From Desulfurobacteriaceae bacterium (lineage in GTDB: Bacteria; Aquificota; Aquificia; Desulfurobacteriales; Desulfurobacteriaceae), in assembly GCA_027013575.1 (NCBI GenBank), contig JALWGN010000122.1:378-64377 (forward strand): DNA of 64,000 bases, written 5' to 3'. Below the pieces are notes generated by a model, which was not told the origin of the DNA, searched no databases, and saw only the letters and a program-made list of their open reading frames with translations. This document shows positions 18,005 to 28,660 of the stretch, one piece after another (the first letter of the stretch is position 1; every line of letters begins with the position of its first letter). Both the position numbers and the translations under genes were made by a program.

Positions 18005-18736
18005 TTGAACACAAAAGTTCTAATTGAGGAATTCAAGAACTTAGTAAAGGAAACTCTCGAAGATGATTTAAATGAATCCGGAACCGTCTTATACAGCAAC
18101 TACTACACTCTTAAATTTGGAAAACTATACATTCTTGGATTTAATCCAGGAGGAGACCCAAACAGTGAAATACTAAAGGAACAAACTATAGATAAAGATT
18201 TAGAAAGTCTAGAAAAATGGGATAGAAACTACAGCGAATATACTCAGAAGTGGGGCAACTACGAACCAGGAAAAGACCCTTTACAACGGAGTATAAGGTT
18301 TTTAGTAGAAGATGTGTTTAACCTTCCTATTAACGAGGTTTGCGCTAGCAACCTAATATTCATAAGAAGCAAAAACGAGTCTGAATTAGGAAACTGGAAA
18401 GAAATAGCGGAAAAACACTGGAAAATTCACCAGAAGATAATAAATGAAATAGTAAAACCCCAGATAATCATAACTTTTGGTCTTGAAACATTTTATTTTG
18501 TTTTAGAAAAACTATCCTATAACTTGGGATTTTTCTTTCCAGCACAATGGAGTAACTGGAAAATAAAAGCTGCTGTCAATAGAAAACTGTTTGATAAACC
18601 TCTGTTAATTTTTGGATTCCCTCATTTTAGTCGCTATAAATTAGTTCCAGCAAGCGATAGTCCGAACGGACTCGGAGAAAGAGAGAGAGCTGTTAAAGAA
18701 AGAATCGCTGAAATAATCAAAATAGCAGGAATTTAA
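18005..18736 (+). CDS. Hypothetical protein, possibly uracil-DNA-glycosylase-superfamily fold
   Basis: 243 aa in a visibly AT-rich stretch. LYILGFNPGG resembles UDG/MUG motif A (GINPG). FGFPHFSRY resembles motif B (HPS-type). TTG start follows a GGGGAGG SD. The assignment is weak. Confidence 0.35.
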   Translation: MNTKVLIEEFKNLVKETLEDDLNESGTVLYSNYYTLKFGKLYILGFNPGGDPNSEILKEQTIDKDLESLEKWDRNYSEYTQKWGNYEPGKDPLQRSIRFLVEDVFNLPINEVCASNLIFIRSKNESELGNWKEIAEKHWKIHQKIINEIVKPQIIITFGLETFYFVLEKLSYNLGFFFPAQWSNWKIKAAVNRKLFDKPLLIFGFPHFSRYKLVPASDSPNGLGERERAVKERIAEIIKIAGI

Positions 18737-18742
18737 AATAAA

Positions 18743-18760
18743 GCGGCGGGGAACCGCCGC
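18743..18760. terminator. Hairpin between convergent genes (GCGGCGG-GGAA-CCGCCGC). On the minus strand it is followed by TTTATTTTAAAT, so it likely terminates guaB.
   Basis: 7-bp GC stem read directly, with a U-rich tail on the minus-strand transcript. Confidence 0.55.
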
Positions 18761-18763
18761 GGT

Positions 18764-20257
<1,494 letters not shown>

Positions 20258-20299
20258 TTATAGTTTTGCTGATAGAATAGGGCAAGTAGGAGGTGGAGT

Positions 20300-21682
20300 T
20301 TGTCTGAGAAAAAGCTCTGGGGCGGTCGGTTTAAGGAGAGTACAAACGAGTTAGTGGAGGAGTTTACAGAGTCCGTCTCTTACGACAGAAGGCTCGCTCC
20401 CTTTGACATAGCAGGAAGCATTGCCCACGTGAAGATGCTTGAAAAACAGGGAATACTGAAGCCTGAGGAAGCCCAGAAGATAATAAAAGGGTTGAATCAG
20501 GTTCTCAAAGAGATTGAAGAGGGGCGTTTTCAGTGGAGAAGGGAGCTTGAAGACGTCCACATGAACGTTGAAAAGAGGTTAACAGAGATTGTTGGCTCCG
20601 TTGGAGGGAAGCTCCACACGGGAAGGTCAAGGAACGACCAAGTAGCAACAGACGTAAGGCTCTACGTGAGAAAGGAGATTGAGGAGATAGTGGAGCTCCT
20701 CAAAGCTCTAAGAAAAGCCTTCTGGAAGCAGGCAAAGGAGAACTTAGACGTTGTAATGCCGGGATACACCCACCTCCAGATAGCCCAGCCCGTTCTCTAC
20801 TCCCACCACATGCTTGCCTACTACTGGATGTTTAAGAGGGATGAGGAGCGATTCAAAGATACGCTGAAACGGGTAAACGTCTCTCCTTTAGGGTCTGCAG
20901 CACTTGCAGGAACCAGTTACCCGTTAGACAGGGAGTTTACCGCAAAGCTCCTCGGTTTTGACGGCGTAACGCGGAACAGTATGGACGCAGTCAGCGACAG
21001 AGACTTCATAGCCGAAACAATCTTCAACTGTGCAATGGTTATGATGCACCTCTCAAGGCTCTCTGAGGAGCTCGTTCTGTGGTCAACGGAGGAGTTCGGG
21101 TTCATAGAGCTCCCCGATTCTTTTTGCACCGGAAGCTCAATAATGCCCCAGAAGAAGAACCCAGACGTTTCAGAGCTTACAAGAGGCAAAACCGGAAGGG
21201 TCTATGGAGACCTGATTGCCATTCTAACCGTTCTCAAAGGTCTTCCACTTACCTACAACAGAGACCTTCAGGAGGACAAAGAGCCCCTCTTTGACGCAAT
21301 AGATACGGTAAAACTCGCCCTCAAAGTAAACGCCCTGATCGTTGAGGGAATGAAGCCTAGAAAGGAGAGGATGAGAGAGCAGGCAAGAAAAAGCTTCTCT
21401 CTGGCAACAGACGTTGCCGACTACCTTGCCAAGAAAGGAGTTCCGTTCAGGGAAGCCCACAGAATAGTTGGAGAGTTAGTTGCCTACTGCCTGGACAGAG
21501 GAAAAGGCCTTGAAGACCTATCCTTAGAGGAGTTCAAACAGTTCTCAGATAAGTTTGAGGAAGACGTTTTAGACCTTATGAGCGTTGAAGGCTCTATAAA
21601 CAGCAGAAATGTAATAGGTGGAACCGCAAGGGAACAGGTAGAGAGAGAAATAGAGAGAATAAGAGAGGAAGAAGGCTTTTAA
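20300..21682 (+). CDS. argH: Argininosuccinate lyase
   Basis: 460 aa with KLWGGRF, TGRSRNDQV, GYTHLQIAQP and GSSIMPQKKNPD signature. Confidence 0.95.
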   Translation: MSEKKLWGGRFKESTNELVEEFTESVSYDRRLAPFDIAGSIAHVKMLEKQGILKPEEAQKIIKGLNQVLKEIEEGRFQWRRELEDVHMNVEKRLTEIVGSVGGKLHTGRSRNDQVATDVRLYVRKEIEEIVELLKALRKAFWKQAKENLDVVMPGYTHLQIAQPVLYSHHMLAYYWMFKRDEERFKDTLKRVNVSPLGSAALAGTSYPLDREFTAKLLGFDGVTRNSMDAVSDRDFIAETIFNCAMVMMHLSRLSEELVLWSTEEFGFIELPDSFCTGSSIMPQKKNPDVSELTRGKTGRVYGDLIAILTVLKGLPLTYNRDLQEDKEPLFDAIDTVKLALKVNALIVEGMKPRKERMREQARKSFSLATDVADYLAKKGVPFREAHRIVGELVAYCLDRGKGLEDLSLEEFKQFSDKFEEDVLDLMSVEGSINSRNVIGGTAREQVEREIERIREEEGF

Positions 21683-21697
21683 AATCGGAGGTTAAAA

Positions 21698-22561
21698 ATG
21701 GTCAGGTTTGAACCCTCCTTTTTCTTAGAGAGGAACAGGGAGATAGACGAAGTTACGCTGAGAGCAATAGCAAGAGAAGTAAGAAAGGACATTTTGAAGA
21801 TGACTTCTGAGGCTCAGTCGGGACACCCCGGCGGAGCGATGTCTGCAGCCGACATCATAGTTACTCTTTACTACTACAAGATGAGACACAACCCCGAAAA
21901 CCCTAAGTGGGAAAAGAGGGATAGGTTCGTCCTCTCTAAAGGGCACGTCTGCCCGGCGCTTTACTCCGTTCTTGCACGAACCGGTTACTTTCCGCTTGAG
22001 AAGCTCCACGAGTTCAGAAAACTTGACGGAGACCTTCAGGGACACCCGGATATGAAGAAAACACCAGGGATAGAGATAAGCACAGGCTCCTTAGGACACG
22101 GAATCGGAGCGGCAGTTGGAATGGCGTTAGGACTGAAGCTTGATAAGAGCGACAGCAGGGTTTACTGCATGATAGGAGACGGGGAAGCACAGGAGGGAAG
22201 CGTCTGGGAGGCAAGTATGGCAGCTTCCCACTACAACTTAGACAACCTCGTTGTAATCCTTGACAACAACAACCTCCAGATAGACGGACCCGTTGACGAA
22301 GTAATGTCTATCTACCCGGCAGTTGAGAAGTGGAAAGCCTTCGGCTGGCACGTTATTGAGATAAACGGCCACGACTTTAAGGAGATAAAAGCAGCTTTAG
22401 ATGAAGCCGATACCGTTAAGTTTAAACCCACAATGATTGTTGCCAAAACCGTTAAAGGTAAAGGCGTTTCATTTATGGAAAACAGAGCTGAGTGGCACGG
22501 AAAGGCTCTCCCGCCAGACTTACTCAAAGAGGCTCTGAAAGAACTGGGAGAGATCGTTTAA
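21698..22561 (+). CDS. Transketolase, N-terminal (TPP-binding) subunit
   Basis: 287 aa with SGHPGGAMS, GSLGHGI and GDGEAQEG. Split-gene arrangement with the following ORF. Confidence 0.9.
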   Translation: MVRFEPSFFLERNREIDEVTLRAIAREVRKDILKMTSEAQSGHPGGAMSAADIIVTLYYYKMRHNPENPKWEKRDRFVLSKGHVCPALYSVLARTGYFPLEKLHEFRKLDGDLQGHPDMKKTPGIEISTGSLGHGIGAAVGMALGLKLDKSDSRVYCMIGDGEAQEGSVWEASMAASHYNLDNLVVILDNNNLQIDGPVDEVMSIYPAVEKWKAFGWHVIEINGHDFKEIKAALDEADTVKFKPTMIVAKTVKGKGVSFMENRAEWHGKALPPDLLKEALKELGEIV

Positions 22562-22571
22562 GGAGGAGAAG

Positions 22572-23510
22572 ATGAAAAAAGTGAGCCTGAGGGACACTTA
22601 CGGAGATACCTTAGTTGAGCTCGGAAAAGAGGATGAGAGGATAGTTGTTTTAGACGCAGACCTTTCCGGTTCAACGAAAACTGCAAAGTTTGCAAAGGTG
22701 TTCCCTGAGAGGTTTTTTGACTTTGGAATTGCAGAAATAGACATGATGAACGCAGCTGCAGGACTTGCAACGACGGGGAAGATTCCGTTTGTGAGCACTT
22801 TTGCAATATTTGGAACGGGAAGAGCCTGGGAGGCTGTAAGACAGACAATATGCTATCCAAACCTTAACGTGAAGATCGTCTGCACCCACGGAGGAATAAC
22901 AGTTGGAGAGGACGGAGCAACCCACCAGGCATTAGAAGACGTTGCCAACATGAGGAACATTCCCAACATGAGGGTTATTGTTCCGGCAGACGACATTGAG
23001 ACAAGAGAGGTTATCAGGAAGATCGCATATACAGACGGTCCCTTCTACGTTAGGCTCTCAAGGGAAAAGTTCCCAAGGATATTTGACGAGAGTTACAGGT
23101 TTGAAATTGGAAAAGGCCACGTTCTTAGAGAAGGTGAAGACGTTACAGTAATAGCAAACAGCGTTATGACCTCCTTTGCACTCCTTGCGGCAGAGAACCT
23201 GGAGAAAGAGGGAATATCGGTTGAAGTAATTCACATGCCCTCGGTTAAACCTATAGATACAGAACTTATAGCAAAATCGGCCAGTAAAACAAAAGCCGTT
23301 GTAACGGCTGAAGAGCACTCAATAATAGGGGGATTGGGTTCTGCAGTGGCTGAAGTTCTGGTAGAGAACTTCCCGGTTCCTATGGAGAGACTTGGAACGC
23401 CTGACGTTTTTGGACGCTCAGGTAAAGGGTGGGAGCTCCTCCACTACTTCGGCCTTGACGAAAAAGGAATTGCAGAAAAGGTCAAAAAAGTAATTGCGAG
23501 GAAAAGATGA
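22572..23510 (+). CDS. Transketolase, C-terminal (pyrimidine-binding) subunit
   Basis: 312 aa with FFDFGIAE, HGGITVGEDGATHQ and EEHSIIGGLGSAV. Confidence 0.9.
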   Translation: MKKVSLRDTYGDTLVELGKEDERIVVLDADLSGSTKTAKFAKVFPERFFDFGIAEIDMMNAAAGLATTGKIPFVSTFAIFGTGRAWEAVRQTICYPNLNVKIVCTHGGITVGEDGATHQALEDVANMRNIPNMRVIVPADDIETREVIRKIAYTDGPFYVRLSREKFPRIFDESYRFEIGKGHVLREGEDVTVIANSVMTSFALLAAENLEKEGISVEVIHMPSVKPIDTELIAKSASKTKAVVTAEEHSIIGGLGSAVAEVLVENFPVPMERLGTPDVFGRSGKGWELLHYFGLDEKGIAEKVKKVIARKR

Positions 23511-24808
23511 GAACAGGACTTAAGAAGGCCCTTTTCTTCCTTACTCTCTTCCTGTTTGTGATTTTAGTAGGTAAGAACTCCATCTCAGCCGCTGTAAAAC
23601 AGAACTCCTCTGAGGAGGAACTTAAGTACATAAGGCTATTTATGGAAGCCTATCAACTGGTAAAGGAGAGATACGTAGAGGAAAAGAGCCCTAAAGTCCT
23701 GTTTGAAGGTGCAATTCAGGGAATGCTTAACAAGTTAGACCCCCACTGCACCCTCTTTACGCCAGACCAGCTGAAGGAGTTCCAAATAGAGACCAGCGGA
23801 GAGTTTGGAGGACTTGGAATTCAGATAACCAAAACAAAAGACGGAAAACTGCTGATAATCACGCCGATTGAGGACACTCCAGCCTACAGAGCCGGCATAA
23901 AACCGGGAGACATAATCGTAAAGATTGACGGAAAAGAGGTTACGCCGGACATGACCCTTTCTGAAGCAGTTAAGCTGATGAGGGGCAAGCCTGGAACCAA
24001 GATCACCATCTGGATCTGGAGAAAAGGCTGGTCTGAGCCGAAACCATTCACAATAACCCGAGCAATCATAAAAATTAAGAGCGTTAAGTACAGGATTCTG
24101 CCGGGAGACATAGGGTACATAAGGTTTACAATGTTCCAGAGAACTTCCGTTGACGAGTTCAAGAAGGCACTTGAAGCCCTTGAGAAGGACAAAAAGCTCC
24201 AGGGAATAATCGTTGACGTTAGAAACAACCCAGGAGGACTCTTAGACTCTGCAGTTGCAATAAGCGACTTCTTCCTTCCCAAAGGAAAACTGATCGTCTA
24301 CACAAAAGGAAGGATTCCCGAAAGTATTAAGAAGTACTACTCACTTCACGATCCAATAGTTCCGGAGGACATTCCAGTTGTAATGCTCGTAAACGGTGGA
24401 ACGGCAAGTGCAGCAGAGATTCTTACGGGAGCTCTCCGGTACAACGACAGAGCAGTAGTTGTTGGGGAGAAAACTTTCGGAAAAGGTTCTGTTCAGACCC
24501 TCTACCCTCTGGATATGGGATACGCGATTAAGATAACAACGGCCAAGTACTACATGCCTAACCACAAGTGTATAGACGGTAAGGGAATAGAACCCGATAT
24601 CGTTGTAAAACTCTCCAAGGAAGACATTGAAACCCTGAAGAAAGAGTTTAAGGAGATGGAAGAACACCCGGAGAGAACCGAAGAGATAAGGAAAAAACAG
24701 GAGAAGAGGATAGACAACCAGCTGAGGAGAGCAATTGAGGTTATCAAAGAGTTCCACCTCTTTAAGATGATGACAAAAGGTGAGAAGGAGGGTAAGAAGG
24801 CGGCGTGA
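23507..24808 (+). CDS. Carboxyl-terminal processing protease (S41 family) with PDZ domain
   Basis: 433 aa. Signal/TM at the N-terminus, PDZ (GGLGIQI ... AGIKPGDIIVKIDG), and catalytic GGTASAAEI and FGKGSVQ motifs. Confidence 0.9.
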   Translation: MRTGLKKALFFLTLFLFVILVGKNSISAAVKQNSSEEELKYIRLFMEAYQLVKERYVEEKSPKVLFEGAIQGMLNKLDPHCTLFTPDQLKEFQIETSGEFGGLGIQITKTKDGKLLIITPIEDTPAYRAGIKPGDIIVKIDGKEVTPDMTLSEAVKLMRGKPGTKITIWIWRKGWSEPKPFTITRAIIKIKSVKYRILPGDIGYIRFTMFQRTSVDEFKKALEALEKDKKLQGIIVDVRNNPGGLLDSAVAISDFFLPKGKLIVYTKGRIPESIKKYYSLHDPIVPEDIPVVMLVNGGTASAAEILTGALRYNDRAVVVGEKTFGKGSVQTLYPLDMGYAIKITTAKYYMPNHKCIDGKGIEPDIVVKLSKEDIETLKKEFKEMEEHPERTEEIRKKQEKRIDNQLRRAIEVIKEFHLFKMMTKGEKEGKKAA

Positions 24809-25425
24809 TATACACCCTCCACGGCTGGAGTTTTGATAGGAGAGTTTGGACAGGAACACCGTTTGAAGACGGAAATCACCTGGAGCTCCCCGGCCACGGG
24901 GAGTCTCCCTTTAAGTCAACTGATCTTTTAGACCTTGCCGAAGAGGTAGCAGAGAAAATTAAAGGTAGAGCCACGCTAGTAGGCTGGTCTTTAGGAGCAA
25001 CCGTTTCCCTGATAGCTGGAGCCCTACACCCTGAAAAAGTTGAGAAACTGATACTGCTGGCTCCAACCTTAAAGTTTTCCGGCGTATCACAGCCTGAAGT
25101 CGTCGTTGAGCGGTTCTTAAAAAAGCTCAGAAGGGATTTCTGGAAAGCAGTTAAGGAGTTTAGAGCTCTCTGCACAGGTGAAGAGTTCCCGATTCCAAAA
25201 CTCCAACCAGAGGTGGCTACACAGCTCCTTGAGAGTTTTTCCCGCTTTGACCTCTCACCATACGCAGAACAGGTTAAGCTCCCGGTAGAGATATTGGTGG
25301 GGGAGGAGGATTCAATTACGGGAGTTGTGGGAGCTCTCTCCCTCTTAAAAAAGCTAAAAAAAGCAAGAATCACCGTTTACCCGGGGAGAGACCACTTCAC
25401 TGTTCTTTACTCACCTTCCGCCTGA
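24805..25425 (+). CDS. Alpha/beta hydrolase, BioH-like small esterase
   Basis: 206 aa. HGW oxyanion region, nucleophile elbow GWSLG, and late Asp (EEDSIT) and His (GRDHFT). The GTG start overlaps the stop of the protease gene. Confidence 0.6.
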   Translation: MIYTLHGWSFDRRVWTGTPFEDGNHLELPGHGESPFKSTDLLDLAEEVAEKIKGRATLVGWSLGATVSLIAGALHPEKVEKLILLAPTLKFSGVSQPEVVVERFLKKLRRDFWKAVKEFRALCTGEEFPIPKLQPEVATQLLESFSRFDLSPYAEQVKLPVEILVGEEDSITGVVGALSLLKKLKKARITVYPGRDHFTVLYSPSA

Positions 25426-26284
25426 CCTTCTGCTCCCGGTGTTCAACGTAGACCTCGTACTGGGGGAACTCCTCGGCAACCCTGTTTGCGAGAGCTTCGG
25501 CAAAAACCACTGACCTGTGCTGCCCCCCTGTACAGCCAACGGCGTAAGTTATGTAAGCCTTTCCCTCCCGTTCGTAAAGGGGAAGAGTAAGCCTGACAAA
25601 GTCCAGAATGGTCTCAAGTGTCTTCCTTGACTCCTCGTAGCTCATGACAAACTCTTCAACTTCAGACTCCATCCCCGTCTTCTCTTTCAGGTGGGGAACG
25701 AAGTGGGGATTGGGAAGAAACCTGACGTCAAAGACGTTGTCTGCAGTGTGGGGAATGCCGTACTTAAAGCCGAAAGAGAGGAAGTTAACCTGAAGCTGGG
25801 GTTTGCCGGTCTCAAGGAGCTCCTTTATCAGCCTTTTAAGGTCGTGATAGGTGAGGTTTGTCGTATCTATAATCCTGTCAAACGAACTCTTAAGCTTCTG
25901 GTAAAACTCCTTCTCCCTCTCTATCAGCCTCTCTAAACTCTCGTCCGGGTAGTACCGCTGGAACGGGTGGGGACGGCGGGTCTCTTTAAACCTGTTAATA
26001 AGAGTGTCTTTATCGGCAGTGAAGTACCATACCTCAACTTCCGGGAACTCCTCCTTTATCTTTTTAAAGAGCTCCCCGGCAGACTCTTTAAACTCCGGAT
26101 TTCTAACGTCGGCAACGAGAGCCGCCCTCTCAATTTCCGGGTTTCTTTCAACAAGGGAGAGGAGCTCCGGCACAAGAGCAGGAGGAACGTTATCTATACA
26201 GTAGAAACCAAAATCTTCCAGGTGTTTTATAGCGCTGGACTTCCCTGCTCCGGCTTCTCCCGTTATTATCAGAACCTTCTTCAT
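25397..26284 (-). CDS. rapZ: RNase adapter / nucleotide-binding protein RapZ (YvcJ family)
   Basis: 295 aa with P-loop GEAGAGKSS, DVRFLPNPH and CTGGQHRSV motifs. Confidence 0.85.
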   Translation of the reverse strand: MKKVLIITGEAGAGKSSAIKHLEDFGFYCIDNVPPALVPELLSLVERNPEIERAALVADVRNPEFKESAGELFKKIKEEFPEVEVWYFTADKDTLINRFKETRRPHPFQRYYPDESLERLIEREKEFYQKLKSSFDRIIDTTNLTYHDLKRLIKELLETGKPQLQVNFLSFGFKYGIPHTADNVFDVRFLPNPHFVPHLKEKTGMESEVEEFVMSYEESRKTLETILDFVRLTLPLYEREGKAYITYAVGCTGGQHRSVVFAEALANRVAEEFPQYEVYVEHREQKVRRKVSKEQ

Positions 26285-27072
26285 CTCTTTATCTCCAGAA
26301 CTTTAACGTCGTTCATCATAAACTCGGGAACGAAGAGCTTTCCTCTGTAGTAACCGATGTCGGCAGGGGAGATAAGACCCTTTGCAAGGAGTGAAACCCT
26401 GCCGTTTTTAAGAGCGTAAATCTTCCCTGCAGAGAAGTCAGAGAAGATTACCGTTCCGTCTTCGGTTACGACCACGCCGTCTAAGTTCTCAAACCCCGAA
26501 GCAAGAGTTTTTACAGAGCCGTCTATCTCCAGAACTTTACCCCCTCCCCAGCTCACAACAACCATCTTCCCACCGGGTGTAAACGCTATTCCGTTGGGTC
26601 CCTGAAGCTCGGAGCTCTTCAGGTAGACCTTAACCGAGTAGTTATCTGCATCTATCTGGTAGATTGTGTTTGTTTGAGTGTCTGAAACGTAAACCTTTCC
26701 GTTGTAAGCAGCAGTATCGTTGAGGAACTCTGCCCCAGGAACATTAATAACTTTTAACACTTTCCCGGTTTCGGGGTCTGCAACAACAACCCGGTCTATA
26801 TCGGCAACGAAGAGCTTCCCTCTGCAGAAAGTTATCCCCTTTGGAGCGTTAAGACCGGTTATAAACCGATCTTTCACTATCTTCCCGTTGAGGTCTGCAA
26901 GGGTTATGTAACCGTCACCGTCTTTTCTGTCAGGTGGAAGGTTTCCGATGTTTGATATGTAGAGCTCTCCACGGTACACCTGAGAACTCTCAGGCGTCTT
27001 CAGACCGTGGTTTATGTTGAAAAGGAAGACCACCGCAGCTACAAAGGCCGTAATTCCGGCAACTACCCCCAT
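26281..27072 (-). CDS. Membrane-anchored beta-propeller protein (SMP-30/NHL-like repeats)
   Basis: 263 aa. N-terminal TM helix, then repeated G-K-hydrophobic-Y/F-V-(S/A)D units (GKLFVADI, GKVYVSDT, GTVIFSDF, GKLFVPEF). Confidence 0.5.
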   Translation of the reverse strand: MGVVAGITAFVAAVVFLFNINHGLKTPESSQVYRGELYISNIGNLPPDRKDGDGYITLADLNGKIVKDRFITGLNAPKGITFCRGKLFVADIDRVVVADPETGKVLKVINVPGAEFLNDTAAYNGKVYVSDTQTNTIYQIDADNYSVKVYLKSSELQGPNGIAFTPGGKMVVVSWGGGKVLEIDGSVKTLASGFENLDGVVVTEDGTVIFSDFSAGKIYALKNGRVSLLAKGLISPADIGYYRGKLFVPEFMMNDVKVLEIKR

Positions 27073-27950
27073 TTCAACTTCTCCCTTAAGGTTTGATAGT
27101 AAGACTTCCTTGGATCTCTCAGAATTAGCAGGTCGTAAGGAGAACGGGTTATCTCTATGAGGTCGCCCAGGCGGAGCTCTATCCCCTCCTGACCGTCAAA
27201 TACGACCATAACGTTCTCGCTCTCTGTCTTCAAACTGGCCGTAAGGCAGATTTCCCCCTTAAGAACCAGAGGTCTGAGGGTTAGAGTGTGGGGACAGATG
27301 GGAGTAAGGAGCATTGCGTTAAGTGTTGGGTAGATGATGGGACCACCGGCAGAGAGAGAGTAAGCCGTTGAACCTGTAGGAGTTGCTACTATAACACCGT
27401 CTCCTCTAAAGGTGGTTACGTACTCCCCGTCTGCCTTCACCTCAACTTCAATAATCCTGGCGAGGGTATCCCTCTTTATTGCAACCTCGTTTACGCACCT
27501 GTAGATGGAAACGTGGCCGTTCCTCCTAACGACTTTTACCCTCAGAACTGGCCTGTTCTCAACAACAAACTCCCCGCCGAGGAGTCTCTCTATACACTCG
27601 TCTATCTCCTCAATGGAGATCTCTGTGAGGAAACCGAGAGTTCCAAAGTTAATACCTAACAGGGGAACAGGCCTTTTGTCTATAAGTTTGGCAACCGTCA
27701 GGAAAGTTCCGTCTCCGCCGAGAACAAGAATCACGTCAACTTTGTCAGGCAGGAGCAGTCTATCTATGACTTTTACCTCTTCCCCGCACCAGTCACTTCC
27801 AACCAGCCTGCAGGACTCCTCGTCCGTATAAACCTTCACCCCCTTTTCAAGGAGCTTCTTAACGACCCTTTTAAACCCTTCTCCACTTTCGGGTTTTGTG
27901 GGGTTCGCAACTACCCCAACCCTCTTATACGCCAGCTTTCCTTCTGTCAT
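27063..27950 (-). CDS. nadK: NAD kinase
   Basis: 295 aa with GGDGTFL, NFGTLGFL and TPTGSTAYSLSAGGP. Confidence 0.9.
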   Translation of the reverse strand: MTEGKLAYKRVGVVANPTKPESGEGFKRVVKKLLEKGVKVYTDEESCRLVGSDWCGEEVKVIDRLLLPDKVDVILVLGGDGTFLTVAKLIDKRPVPLLGINFGTLGFLTEISIEEIDECIERLLGGEFVVENRPVLRVKVVRRNGHVSIYRCVNEVAIKRDTLARIIEVEVKADGEYVTTFRGDGVIVATPTGSTAYSLSAGGPIIYPTLNAMLLTPICPHTLTLRPLVLKGEICLTASLKTESENVMVVFDGQEGIELRLGDLIEITRSPYDLLILRDPRKSYYQTLREKLKWG

Positions 27951-28602
27951 GACCCTCCACCTTTACAATCTGGCACATGTCGTAGATACGGGACTCCGTC
28001 CTCTCGTCAAACTTATCGGAAAAGGTCTCTCCCGATATGTCGTCAAACCTCAGGTTCGTTGTAATTATGGTAGGCAAACTCCTGGTATAACGGTAGTTGA
28101 TAATCTCTGCTAGGATGTCCTTTGCCCACTCGGTGTTCCTTTCAGCTCCTACGTCGTCTAAAACCAGGAGCGGAGCCTTTCTCACAGAGTCCAGAATCTC
28201 CGACGACGAAGCCCTCCCTTCGTAAGAGCTCTTCAGGTCTACAAGAAGCCCTCTGAAGTCGCAGAAAACTCCCTTCAATCCTTTGTGCTCTATAACGTTC
28301 CTCAGAGTGGCTACCGAAAGGTGCGTTTTCCCCGTTCCGGGAGGCCCAAAGAGAAGGATTCCCCTGTTTACAAAGGGGAACTTTGAGAAGAAGTCTACGC
28401 AAACCCTGAGAGCTTTCAGCTGAAAAGGGGTTTCGGGGGAGAAGTTCTTAAAACGGCAGTTCCTGTACCTGACGGGTATGCCGGAGCTCTCAAGGTAGAG
28501 CTTTGAGAGCCTCTTGAACTGGCACCTGCACCGTTTCGCAACCCGCCGACCTTCTACCTCTTCAATAACCCAGCCGGTTCCCCGGCATATTTGACACTCC
28601 AA
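27925..28602 (-). CDS. DnaC/DnaI-like AAA+ helicase-loader protein with N-terminal Zn-ribbon
   Basis: 225 aa with CQICRGTGW ... CRC, Walker A GPPGTGKTHL and Walker B LLVLDDVG. Confidence 0.75.
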   Translation of the reverse strand: MECQICRGTGWVIEEVEGRRVAKRCRCQFKRLSKLYLESSGIPVRYRNCRFKNFSPETPFQLKALRVCVDFFSKFPFVNRGILLFGPPGTGKTHLSVATLRNVIEHKGLKGVFCDFRGLLVDLKSSYEGRASSSEILDSVRKAPLLVLDDVGAERNTEWAKDILAEIINYRYTRSLPTIITTNLRFDDISGETFSDKFDERTESRIYDMCQIVKVEGHDRRKAGV

Positions 28603-28660
28603 GTTTTACCCCTTAGACTTCAACTGTTAGCTTACTCTAATTATAGTCCTGGAGAGTGGA

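Noticed and set aside
17941-18099. N-terminal two-thirds of the 80-aa minus-strand ORF 17857-18099
   Set aside because: It overlaps the SD and start of the 18005 gene. Only the last 27 codons (a TM helix with its own ATG) look gene-like.
24341-24897. 172-aa and 115-aa minus-strand ORFs
   Set aside because: They are antisense to the S41 protease gene and have no motifs or SD.
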